This document shows, in pieces, positions 24,669-36,458 of a stretch of DNA of 64,000 bases. The notes under the pieces were generated by a model. That model was not told the origin of the DNA. It saw nothing but the letters and a program-made list of their open reading frames with translations, and made no database searches. Positions within the stretch are counted from its first letter, which is position 1; each line of letters opens with the position of its first letter. Location of the stretch: assembly GCF_964188315.1 (NCBI RefSeq), contig NC_135664.1, forward strand, positions 47,740,001 through 47,804,000, read 5' to 3'. Position numbers and translations under genes: made by a program. This stretch comes from Podarcis muralis. Its lineage: Eukaryota.

Positions 24669-25175
24669 ATAAAAGAATTTATTTATTTTAAAAGGATATT
24701 TTGGACCACTTGGTTGGCAAGCCTATGAAGGCAATGTGCAACCAGGAGAGTCAATTAGCAACATAAAAATCACCCTTAAAATAGAACAAAGCATCATTTT
24801 AAAATGGCATGACATTTCAGCAAAACAGATCAGACCTCTGGTGCTGGGCATGCCATACTTAAAAACCTAGAGAAAAAAGGGATTGGGAGGGTCAGGAATA
24901 TGGTCACATACACATATATATAGCAAGTGGGATTGGCCACAAAACGCTGGAGTCTGGAGTGTTCCTGCTCACGCTTCCAGTCAGCCATGTGTCCTCCCCC
25001 CTCCCCGATAATCCGTCCTATTTTCTCCCCCACAAACAGCATTCTTGACCATTGAGTGCATTCATTCCTTCATTGGGCTGTTTCTGGGGATTCCCCCAAA
25101 TTAGGACCTCTGAACTTTGGAATTAGAGGGAATGATTTAAATTTAGGTGCCATTTGGACTGGGGATTTCCTAGTG

Positions 25176-25281
25176 CTTACTAAATCTCAATGTGGCGGTT
25201 GTAGTGTTGATTTATCTGTGTTATATATACATTAACCTGGAATCTGCTCTGGTGTAAGGCAGAGGAGACATTTTTAAAAGT
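25176..25281 (+). repeat. Left arm of a perfect 106-bp inverted repeat
   Basis: Exact reverse complement of 26963-27068, checked base by base. Confidence 0.92.
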
Positions 25282-25400
25282 CTGTTCCAGTAACAAGAAG
25301 CCGAAAGCACCAGCCTGAAGATGACGAGTGAGACCTCGTCGAAACGTCGCCTAGACACCCCAACTTTTACACGGGAAGACACCCGAGGACACCAAAACCT
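25282..25400 (+). mobile_element. Probable Penelope-like terminal fragment, family B
   Basis: CpG-rich 120-nt patch containing a minimal hammerhead, ending in a (TA)n/(CTA)n/(TAT)n simple-repeat tail. Confidence 0.5.
25311..25354 (+). ncRNA. Minimal type I hammerhead ribozyme motif (PLE family B)
   Basis: CUGAAGA U GACGAG-UGAGAC-CUCGUC GAAA CG UC/GCC: intact core, 6-bp stem II and palindromic ACGU stem III. Stem I has only 2 contiguous bp. Confidence 0.62.
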
Positions 25401-26962
25401 GCATATATATATATATATATATAATTACTACTACTACTATTATTATTTCATATTTTTCACCTACCCTTCCTCCCAAAGGAAGGCAAACAAAACAATATTC
25501 ACATACATACATGCATTTAAAAAAATCAAAATACAAACCAAATATCCTCAGAAATAATAAGTTCAAAGTTGCTAGTTCAATATGCAACAAACCTGGCAGT
25601 TGTTGAAAACATTGTGATACAAAAGCATCATATACACAATCAAGTGCTCCTCCTGTTACTCAGGGGTCAACAGCATATAAAGACCTGCATTGGTACCCCT
25701 AGGCTGGGCTACCAGACTCTTGAGCTTTCTTTAACACATATCAAGCCCTCGTGGAAAGTTATGAAGCAAAAAGTGCAGGCACCCTTCTAAGCTATTTCTG
25801 TGAAATGAGCCAATCTGGAATACATTTTCTATTAAGAAACATGTGATCTTTTATTGAAACTTTAAAAACAAAACAAAAACAGAACTATTACCCTTCCCAA
25901 ACTCATGAAGAGACAAGACAGAAACAAAATTATTTATTTAAAGCATCTGGTAGTTATTACAGTAAGATCTCCTCCATTGCCCAGGGCTTGGTATCTCTTA
26001 AGAGCCATACTATAAAAGTGAGATGAAGAGAATAACTTCCTGGTATGAAAAACTGCTCACCAGATTGTACCACAGAAGAAGCTGCCCTCATAATTGCTGT
26101 CTTGGCAGATCTCACAACTGATGCCATACTTAGTCACACAGCCAGCTAACTCTTGCTGGAATGTGGGGCCTTGCTGAATCAGTTGTTCCAGCAACATCTT
26201 GCAAGAGCAAGCTCTGCACTACAGGTTTAATGGGAAACATAGAATTGAGATGATGTGTAACAGTCAGCTGAGCACAAGGGTGTGGGCATAATACCATATC
26301 AGTTTCATGATCATTGACATTGGAACGGACTCTGTAGGAAACATAGCTCAAATTGTCTACCTTGCACAGTATGTGAGATTTTAGGGGGTGAAACTTAATT
26401 TTTGCAAATTTCTTCAGTGAGGGGGGGGGGTCTTAAAAATATGTTTTGGGGTGTGAGGAACTCAAACCTGCTATTCTTTTTGTGACTGGACATCATTTAG
26501 CTTGGTTAAGTCTACATTTGATGAAGCAGCACCATAAACTGTTTACCTTCTGAAAATGTCAGGTAATGTGCTAAATAATAATAATATTAATATATAACTG
26601 CATGTATTTGGTAATCATTTGTAATGATTTCTATTCAATTTTACAGTCATTTGGTTTACCAAGCAAAACGAAATTATATCAATTTAGCCTAAATACCTTT
26701 TGAATTCCCAAGTCATGTTACAACTTTTTAGCACCCCTCATTTTTTTAATTTGAAAGTTGAAAAATTCAACATGCCCTGAGGATGCACAGGATACCAAAA
26801 ACATCCTCAATGGCCTCTCTCAAATTAAGGATTTTATATCTATGGAGAACCATTCCATGGTCTCTCTTAGAAAGCCATCTACTTTGCTGAGCTGCACTTG
26901 TATGCACCAGGAATTCTTGTCTGGTATTTTAACAATGATAAAAGCACATTTCCTTTTCATTC

Positions 26963-27068
26963 ACTTTTAAAAATGTCTCCTCTGCCTTACACCAGAGCAG
27001 ATTCCAGGTTAATGTATATATAACACAGATAAATCAACACTACAACCGCCACATTGAGATTTAGTAAG
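26963..27068 (-). repeat. Right arm of a perfect 106-bp inverted repeat
   Basis: Exact reverse complement of 25176-25281. Confidence 0.92.
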
Positions 27069-27281
27069 ATTGCGATATGCAAGCCAGCTCTGTCACTACC
27101 TGTCATTGTATAGTAGGACAACTCACATATGCAATGACTTTTTAAAATGGAATGTGCTCCAGAGGTGCCACAAAATAAATGCTGACTGATTCTAGACAGC
27201 AGCTTCTATAGAAGTTAAAGGAACCTTTGAAAGTCAGCAGGAAGTGACATCTGAATGCAGTCAGTCAAGTGGGTGGGTGGA

Positions 27282-27367
27282 TTACGTAATCTGAACGCAC
27301 CTTTTAAGTGGCTGTTTACGTAATCCGAACGCACCTTTTAAGTGGCTGTTTACGTAATCTGAACGCA
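27282..27367. repeat. 34-bp minisatellite, 2.5 copies, each containing TTACGTAA
   Basis: Unit ttacgtaatcYgaacgcaccttttaagtggctgt starts at 27282, 27316 and 27350. Confidence 0.9.
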
Positions 27368-27534
27368 TAAGGTGTTTGGGTGGACAACTGTTCTGCTGAA
27401 AAAGGAGTGAACATACTAATTTTAAAAATGCATGTTAATATAAATTATGTGTAAAAGGGGAAGAACAGATTATTCCTGTAGAATTTACACAGCAAGATTT
27501 AATTGTGTGTTCAGCTAAAATATATGTTTTAGGT

Positions 27535-27670
27535 CAGGTTTCCTCAACCTCTGCCCTCCAGATGTTTTGAGACTACAATTCCCATCATCCCTGACCACTG
27601 GTCCTGCTAGCTAGGGATCATGGGAGTTGTAGGCCAAAAACATCTGGAGGGCCGAGGTTGAGGAAGCCTG
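27535..27670. mobile_element. 136-bp palindromic hAT MITE
   Basis: TIR caggtttcctcaacct / aggttgaggaagcctg; perfect 8-bp TSD TTTTAGGT. Related copies at about 6362-6497, 29443-29530, 40185-40282, 46975-47050 and 62850-62945. Confidence 0.88.
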
Positions 27671-27684
27671 TTTTAGGTACTATA

Positions 27685-28050
27685 AAAGGTAAAGGGCCCC
27701 TGGACAGTTAAGTCCAGTCAAAGGTGACTATGGGGTGCGGCACTCATCTTGCTTTTAAGCTGAGGGAGCTGGTGTTTGTTTGTTCACAAACAGCTTTCCG
27801 GGTCGTGTGGCCAGCATGACTAAACCACTTTTGGTGCAATGGGACACTGTGACGGAAACCAGAGCACACGGAAACGCTGTTTACCTTCCTGCCACAGTGG
27901 TACCTATTTATCTACTTGCACTGGTGTGCTTTCGAACTGCTAGGTTGGCAGGAGCTGGGACAGAGAAATGGGAGCTGATCCTGTTGTGGGGACCTTCTGA
28001 TCGGCAAGCCCAGGAGGCTCAGTCGTTTAGACCACAGCACCACCCTGTAT
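27685..28050 (-). mobile_element. Sauria SINE (Squam1-type), minus strand
   Basis: Starts aaaggtaaagggcccc; internal segments are the reverse complement of the 24310 and 39087 copies. Confidence 0.85.
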
Positions 28051-29899
28051 ATTGTACTGTATATTGGACTCTGCAACATATTTATAGGAAGGCATAGTCT
28101 AATATAGACATAGATGCTGGAAGTGTAATGCTGGAACTGCCTCACCGAGGCATGTGATATGGGCATGTCCAGTGGTATTTTCTTTCTGGTCAGAAGCCAT
28201 TGTATCAATTTTATATTATCAAAATCATTTATATTTGTGTATGTCCATGTGCTCTTAAATTATATTCCTGTAGTATGGAGATGTTTTGTGAGACTTTTGT
28301 GGTCGCCAAAAGACTTCTACTCTGAGCATGAAAGGATAAACACACAGCATCTGTTACACAAGACCTAAACACCCTTGCTACATCTGAACACACTTTTTTT
28401 TACAAACACCAACTTTGTCTGGATACCTATTTGGACATTTGGAGGGCATTTATCAAATTATATGTGTAAACAAAGATGGATGTATTGATGGTTATCATGT
28501 TGTTAATGTGAGCTGTTAGGTGGTTGTTTTGCTCCACTCTGTACACCTGTTTAATTTTTCTAATAAATTTGCCATTAAAAAAATAAATTTAAAAAGATTT
28601 AATTGGATTTACACAGAAGGTAAGCCATCTCTTGGAACAACTGACTGCTTAAGTGTATGCAGCGCCATAGCAGTCTCATAGCATGTGGAAAGTAAAATAA
28701 ATGAATAGTGAGAAGACAATAACTGGAGAAACATAATAGTAAACATAGCAACAGGATGTTGAAAGGGGTTTGTGTGATGGAGAAATTCCACCCGCCTCTG
28801 CAGCAGGCGATCTTAAGCAAATTCCTGCTTTTGATATACTATTGTATTTGGATTCAAGTAACAAACGGTGCCCCCTAGCGTTTTGTTGAAAGAGGGACAG
28901 CAAGAAATACTACCTTTATTACTCCAGCAGTCAGTAAATTCCTAACTCCGTTAAGTCAGAAAACAACCTCCCCCAAATATTATTAGACAAACATTTCAAG
29001 AGCAAGCATTTCCTGTCTACTGATGGTCTATTTTTGCTGCCGAAGTTTTTTGTTCACTGAACAAATGTCCAAAGTTTAGAAAGGGATTATGTTTTGAAAT
29101 ATAAGGATAATTTTAAAAAATAAAATTAAATTGAGATTATAGTGAATTAAAATAAATAAGAAAAAAGAGTAGAAAAAGGGGGAAAGAGAATTCATTTTTC
29201 TTTTTTTAAAAAAAGCAGAGGAAAACATCCATAACAAAATAACCACAAAATATAATTAAGGCTACAAACTATATCGTATGTATGTTGATGTATAAATTTA
29301 TTGCTTCCCTCAGGTATATGTTAATCCATATATCACTATGGTTTCGACAAATACGTTCCAAACAAATTTGTCCATGCATAATCTTCGTCTTCATGAGAAA
29401 TAAAAATGACCACGGAGCCGAGATGGGGAACTTTTGGCCTTCCAGATGCTCTTCGACTCCCGGCAGCCAATGGCCAATGAAGGGATGATGGGAGTTGTAG
29501 TCCAGCAACACCTGGCGGGCTACAAGTCACCCAATTAACTGCCTATGGCTCAGAATTCCTAAATCCAAATCATTCCGCCCATTCACACGCACACGTGTAA
29601 TGCTTGTCGATGCCAGCTTACCCCCCCCCCCCGGAGCTGATGGTACTTGCCAGCATCATCAGGGAGGGCCCCTGATCTAGAAAAAGACCAGCTGCTATTG
29701 GGCAAATGGTCAGAACCCGAAAGTCCGGAGCTGGAAGCAAAGTGCGGCGCTGGAACGGCGGAAGGAAAGAAAAGCGACTCTGTCTCTTTAAAGCGACCGC
29801 CGTCGCTGCTGTTCGGGCGGAGCTTAGAATCTATCTGTGGAAGGCGGGGGGATGGGGACGTCACTGTCCCTGAGGCCACTGGTTACGTCACCGCCTCGC

Positions 29900-30287
29900 G
29901 GCTCCTCCTCCTCCCTCTCTGGCAGGAGCGCGCGCTGGAGAGAGAGACGGGCAGCCAGCTAGCCCGCGAGCTTCGCGCCTGCGCGGAACTGTTCGCCTGC
30001 CCAGTCTCTCCCTTCAGCTGCTCTCTGCCCCCCCCCCCCGCCTCCCTCTGTTTGGGGCCGCAGCAGCAGCAGCAATAAGCCCGAGTCCGGGGCTGAGAAG
30101 CGGCCCCGCCACGCCAGGTGTTCGCGACGGAGCGGCTGCGCGGCCACGGAACCCCCGGCCTGGCCATGGTGCTCCTGAGGGCCTCTCGCCCTGCCCGGTC
30201 CCCCGAGTGACGGAATTGCCCCTACCGCCAGAGGAGGAGGAGGAAGAAACGGAGCCGGGAGCACGACAACCCCGCCAGCGCCAGTCG
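29900..30287 (+). other. TMEM184B: TMEM184B non-coding exon 1 (start approximate)
   Basis: Inside the CpG island; ends at TCG|gtgaga. The next exon opens at a tag|ATCTGA acceptor (42524) with an in-frame stop before the ATG. Confidence 0.7.
30166..30210 (+). other. Upstream ORF MVLLRASRPARSPE* in the TMEM184B 5' UTR
   Basis: Only ATG between 29900 and the main start; GCCATGG context; TGA at 30208-30210. Confidence 0.55.
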
Positions 30288-30672
30288 GTGAGAGGAGAGG
30301 GCGGCTGCTGGCGGGAACGGCGCCTCAGGGCACAAGTGGCGCGGCGAAGGGAGCCACGGGGCACTTGGGGTGGCGCCTGGCAGGGGTGGCCCTCGAAGCA
30401 AGAAAGGGGTGTGAAGGCGTGTGGTGCGAAAAGGGGAACGGCCCTTCGCCCCTTCCCGGAGGCCAGGTGGCACCTCAGCGTCTTCAAAAGCTGCGTCTTT
30501 TGGGTCCTGGTGGCATGGCCTAGAGATGGTGGCCCCCTGGGATGTGGCTTCCAGGGGGTGGCATCTGCCACGCCGTCCTTTCTGCCACCCTATATGACAT
30601 CAGGTCCTTGGGCCTTAGCCAGTGGGTGGGGTGCAGAGTGTGATGGTGGGGGCGTTTTGTTTTTGTAATTTA

Positions 30673-30910
30673 CAGTGGTACCTAGGGTTAAGTACTTAAT
30701 TCGTTCTGGAGGTCTGTCCTTATCCTGAAACTGTTCTTAACCTGAAGACCACTTTAGCTAATGGGGCCTCCTGCTCGTGGGCCTCCGGAGCACGATTTCT
30801 GTTCTCATCCTGAAGCAAAGTTCTTAACCCGAGGTACTATTTCTGGGTTAGCGGAGTCTGTAACCTGAAGCATATGTAACCTGAAGCGTATGTAACCCGA
30901 GATACCACTG
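30673..30910. mobile_element. Tigger/pogo-type MITE
   Basis: TIR cagtggtacctagggtta vs cagtggtatctcgggtta (16/18); TA target duplication; internal gtaacctgaagc repeats. Confidence 0.82.
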
Positions 30911-33900
30911 TACATAAGTTTACGGATCATCTTTTTTCTACTTGGACGTAGGCAAGGTGACTTGAGCGCATAACATAGCGGTAGTCCTAGGTGCCGTCGT
31001 CGTGCCACAGGGTGCTTAAATAACACGGCCTTGTTGGGTGAGGATGAATGTGGGCTTTGAGCATTGTGCAGAAATGGGTAAGTTGTGGGAGATGTGGCAC
31101 ATTTGATGCCGGTCAGTGTCCTAGTGATGCTGCTAAGATGTTGAACGTGGCAAGTGTGCTGTAGAAACCCAACTCATCCTGCCACATCTGGCACTGAAAA
31201 TGGGAAGAACTATAGGGAACACAGTAATGCTTTGCTGAATAGCAGAAACACATAGCATAGTTTGTGCTTAGTTTGCGTGTGGTGCAGGTCATCTTGAGTG
31301 GCATGATGTGGACCTTATGGTGCTTTGACGCTGAATGTGGCACTAGGTACAGTGCTGTAATATGGTGTGAGCTTAGTAGCTTTAGGAGGAGGAGTGTACG
31401 TAGTGCTAAAGTGTGCCTCCTGAGTAGAATATCAGTTAAAATCCAGCATTTACTATAAGCATTAAAACTAGATGAGATTGGCCAAAGGTTTTATGAGTTT
31501 ACAAAGCAGGTTTGAGGCCCTAAGCTATTTGTGTGGTTGGACGTCTTTGTATAATACAAATTATTAGATACTTATTAGATAAATTTCACCTTATGTTCCA
31601 TCAACTTGTGTTCACTATTAAAGCACTTTCCTTTTTGCTTCTCTTTCAGCATTTCTTATTGCTGAAATTTATGTGCAGATAGTAGTAGGAGGCAATTTCA
31701 AACAGTCATCTATGTTTAATTGTAATTTACATCACACTCTAAAAGACTGATATGCATTATTTTTTCCAATGAGAAATTAACTCCAAGAGCCAGGTAACAC
31801 TTCACTTTTGAAATTTGCTACTTTGGCTAAACATACATCTGGTGTTATCAGTTGTGAATTGTACAAACACATATGCATGACTATATTTTCCTGTAATTCT
31901 TGGCATCCAGGAAAGGATTCCTTCTTTGCTATGTGTAAGAATCTGCCTCCTTAAATAAAGTATGCACCATTTATAGATAATGATTCCATGTGTAATTGTG
32001 ACCAAATTCTAAAAGTTGTGTGAATTGGTAGTACAGTATGTATTTTGCACAAGGTTCATAGCTTGTTTTTTTATGAGAGGACAAAAATAATTATTTTGTA
32101 TCTTCAAATGATGGGGTTTGCAGTTCCATCTTGAAATGCTATGGGGTGTTTTGTAGTTCTGTAGTATTAAAAACATGGCATCGTTACTGTGGAGTTCTCT
32201 AGTATACAAAACACACGAAGGAAGACTGTAATATTTGTAGCCTCCCTGTAGACTGAATAGGTGAAGTGTACTAAACTATATTCTATAATTTTTACATGCA
32301 GTGTGTGACATTTCCATGCTTAATGTAGTTGAGCACCTTCAGTTATTTGAAGAGTAATTTCTCAGTGAGAATGGAATGGAATGGAAATTACGGTAATCCA
32401 TTCAAAGGAGTGAATTGCTATGTATTATTTAGTTATAAATCGTCTGATACCTAAATCCTAGGAGCAAACCTTAATTGTCAGTTGCAGTAACTCCTTGAAA
32501 TTGCTGCCTACTATCACATAGGATGTTGAGGAAAAGAGTTGAAGGACAATAATGAGTTATTATATAGAGCCTAAGATGTGAAGGCAGGGGCTTGATTTTC
32601 CCTGACCCACCCATGCCTACATATGTTGTTTTTCCTCCTCTGTTGCTATAGGACCACATCATCTTTTCAGCACTCCTTGAGCTGTAGCTTGGTAATAGAA
32701 GAGTAGATTCCTGCCAAGATAATTAATCCTGCCAAAACCCCTTGGGTGTCTTTAAAGAAACTGATCTATAAGCAGTCACGGTAGTAAAATGGAATACATA
32801 AAGCTTTTAGCTACAATAGCTCTTAAAATATGATATTGAAAATAATATCTAGGAAAGCATTTCCAGTATGAGTTACAAATTGGGGAGGGAGACGGATCCT
32901 TCCAGCGACAGGAAGTCACTTTGTCAAGAGTAGTCTGTTTTAATGTGTGATTCTTGACTGCTAGTACTTGTGATCTGGCTCAACTCAGAGGATGTGCTCC
33001 TCTCCTCCATTTACTAATTATTATTTTTTTGCATGAGCATTCACTGCAGTGTGTTCATAGAGCGTTGGCTTTGTTTTTCAGTGCAAACCGTGGCTGGGAA
33101 GGCACAGATCACCTTGTGCCCAGGGAGTAGCACATGAACACTTGAGTCTGTAATGCAGCGTGGTGATCATTTTAACAACCCCAGAGGGATGCAATTTACA
33201 GGAAGCAAAGAGGGGAGGGGAGAATTAGCAAACACATTTCACCTGCTGCACAGTACGCTCTTTAAAATGTAACAACTGTAATTGGAATGAGCACCCCTTT
33301 AGCCTTGTGGTACAGTATAGCAAACTGTTCAGGAATGGTTGTCATATTAGTGAAAGCTACTGCACATGGGATGCGGAAATGGCTTATGCTTTTGCACCAT
33401 AAGGTGTATGTGGAATGCCCTAAGCTGCTGTATCATGCAGCAGTTCCATATGTTCTCTCTCTTGCAAGTGAGTTGTTTCCATGGCTTCTCCAGTTTTTGC
33501 TGCATCTGCCTTATCTATGAACAGTGCTCATTGGTCAAACTAGGACTAATGTTGTTACCACCCATCCACACTAGAGCATAAACCTATAGGCTTTTAGAAG
33601 ACAATGTAAGCCATTGTGTGATCCCTTTGAGACAGACATTTAATGTTTTATTACGGACATGATTTATCTCTGACCGACCAATGGGATCAACTCCCTTATC
33701 TTGTGTAGCCTTTTTGTGTGTGGTAACTTTATATTAAATATTTATTGTAAGATTTTTACTTGTGAAATATTTACTTATATATTGAACTTGTAGAAACTTA
33801 AAGATCATTGGATCGTTCATTCTCAAACTATGCACCTCAGAAGCACACATACATAAGACCTCATATACCTATAGCCTAGTGACACAAGCACTATTCAGAT

Positions 33901-36352
33901 TGTTGTTGTTGTTTTGCATACTATTAATACTAGACAATCTACATATGCATAATAGAAAGGATAGATACTGGTCCCAAAGGGTCCCAAAGCTTGACAACAG
34001 AAGAAGGACTTAAAAATATATATATATTGCTCTTTCAGTTGCAAGTACTTTTGGAGGGGGGTGTATCTTTGCAGAGAGGTAGGACAGAATTAATGTATCT
34101 CTACCCATTGGAGAACTAGAGAGCCACACTCCTGTCTCTGTGCTCCAGTTAAACACTGAAATGCATGTTAATAACTAAAAATGTGATTGAATGGCGTATC
34201 ATTGATGTGTGATTCCCCACCTCCCATTAATATGTTAAAGGGTTGCGTGTTTGCTGCCACAGCTAACAGAGCAATCCCTGTGCACTTATGTAGTTGAAAG
34301 CTGGTGAAGTCACTGGTTCAAATCTCAGCTCAGCCACAAATGCATTAGATGGCTTTCTGGTGGGTTGTCTCAGAAACAAAATGGGCAATACTCTGAATGA
34401 ATAGGATACAAGTGAAGCTTTATCTACTTTCCTAGTACATTAGTGTATGAAAATAATTTTTCACTTGCAACTTTCTATTGCTATTTCAAATAAATCCCTT
34501 TTAAACTCAGCTCTCACCTCTGTCTTTTCAAAACGTTAGCGTTCAAGAAATGCTACTTCAGGGCGATATGTGCCTCCCTTTCCCTGAAGAGCTGCATGGC
34601 AAGCAGCAGTGAGATCATGGGTATGAGACACACAGTGTGCATAGACTAATTCTGGTACCAATTCTGGGAAGGTGACCCATCCTAGAACTGCAGTGTTTGA
34701 TCCTATTTTTCAAAGGAAGAGTGGTATGCTGGAAACAGCCTCCTCCCTTTCCTCTTGTTTCCTGTCTCATTCCAAAAAAAGAGTCTCGCTGTGGTATGCT
34801 GACCTATTATAATGTGGGTCAGTCCACACACACGCATACACACACACAAAAGATGGAGAAGGAAACTGCAGAAATTAATAGAGCAGAAAAACTCTCTTGG
34901 AGAAAGATAGTTGTTCATAGTAAAAGGGTTTCATTGTTGATCTGCACATCTGATTTAGGGTGGATGATGGGTGTTTGCAAGTGAATTGGTTGACCTGGTA
35001 TAGGACAATATTTAAGAACAAGGCAAAGGAAGGAATAGACTAAAGGTGCAGCTACAGGGATGAGAAGAAGGGGCTGTTTTCTGTGAAAGTAAGGTAAGGA
35101 GAGTTGCACTTTCCCATTCTAGAATAAACAGAGAAACTTAAAATCTGGAAATAAATGTTGTCTCCGATCTAAATTTTACAGAACTTTTCAATATATATTT
35201 AACTAAAATGTTGTAACTGTTTAGAACTTATCATTTACTAAAAAAAGTTATACATAGTCATTTGTTTTTACCATTTACAGTGGAAAACTTTTTGTTTTGA
35301 TGAAAAGAAAGACAGCTTGAGTGGCATTTTCTGTCTTTTGTTTCACTGAGCATACAGCCAGCTGTTTGGATAAAAAATGATGAATAGGCAAAAATCTCAT
35401 GAGGATTTGGGCTATTCAGTCCCCCGCAGTACGACTACAAAAGCTGTGTTTGGATGATGCTTTGTTGTACTGATAGCTTAATTATATCACTAATAAGCAG
35501 CCTTCTTCAGTGTGGGTGAACAAAATTCTTATATGCGTACCAGAAGCAAAAGTAAACTGGCATGGAATGAGATCCCAAAATATATGGGGCAGGTAAAGAG
35601 TACCTGCTGATGTTCTAGTTCAGGGACCTTACTCCTCTCTCTTTCCTGAGACTTCACTTTGTTTTTACCTAAAGAGGCAGTAACACATTAACCACCAATA
35701 AACGCAAAACTTAAGGTATACAGAAATTAACAGAATTTTAAGGTAAACTTGGATTCCCTTCACATTGACACAGCAGCTCATTATACTGAGCATTCTTTTG
35801 TTCAGTAACCAAAGTAAGTACAGCCTTGCCATCTGCTTGGTTATTGGACTTCTGTTCCATGTGCCATGATGTCATGACATATGACACAACAGCCCTTGAG
35901 GCAGTATATCATTCTACAACATTGTGTCAGATGCAGGACCTATCATTAGTCCCAACTTAAACATGAAGCTCCTGTATATTACTTTATATGTTTGACTTTC
36001 CTTCTCCCCCGCTTCTCAGAATAAAGAAAGAGATGCAGTGATGATGTTGCTTTTCAGACCCATCTTAAGGCAGGACATGAGCGACATAGAATTATAGAAA
36101 GCAACCTGGAATCATAGAATCATAGATTCCCTGCAATGCAGGAATCTTTTTGCCTAACATGGGGCTTCAATGCACATGAGGCTTCTCTTAAGGAGAGCTT
36201 CCCTTAATGCACTTCAGCACTGTACTAAAGGAGAGCTTCGCCCAAGGCACTTCAGCAAGGCATTTTAGCATTTCGGCACTGTACCAAAGTTGAGGAAGAG
36301 GTGACACTAGCAGCAGGGGGCTTGTGCAACTACTGCTTTTTGTGTTGTCGTC

Positions 36353-36416
36353 GTCTTCTTCTTCTTCTTCTTCTTCTTCTTCTTCTTCTTCTTCTTCTTC
36401 TTCTTCTTCTTCTTCT
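36353..36416. repeat. (TTC)n microsatellite
   Basis: Direct reading. Confidence 0.95.
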
Positions 36417-36458
36417 AAAAGGTAAATGACCCTGTAATGACCCTGGTATGGACTAGCA

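Larger units (their letters stand above)
29560..30600 (+). promoter_or_regulatory. CpG-island promoter of TMEM184B
   Basis: Sharp rise in GC and CpG density. E-box CACGTG at 29592, CRE-like GACGTCA at 29857, TTACGTCA at 29883, and a splice donor at 30287. Confidence 0.85.

Noticed and set aside
25176-27068. DNA transposon with 106-bp TIRs
   Set aside because: No target-site duplication, no recognisable terminal motif and no transposase; better explained as a rearrangement scar.
27282-27367. CRISPR-like 34-bp direct repeats
   Set aside because: The units are head-to-tail with no spacers, there are no cas genes, and the context is eukaryotic: a minisatellite.
29583-30668. Overlapping 70-185-aa ORFs in the CpG island
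   Set aside because: These are expected from stop-codon scarcity in GC-rich DNA; they are low-complexity and without homology. The frame crossing the exon 1 donor stops two codons into exon 2.
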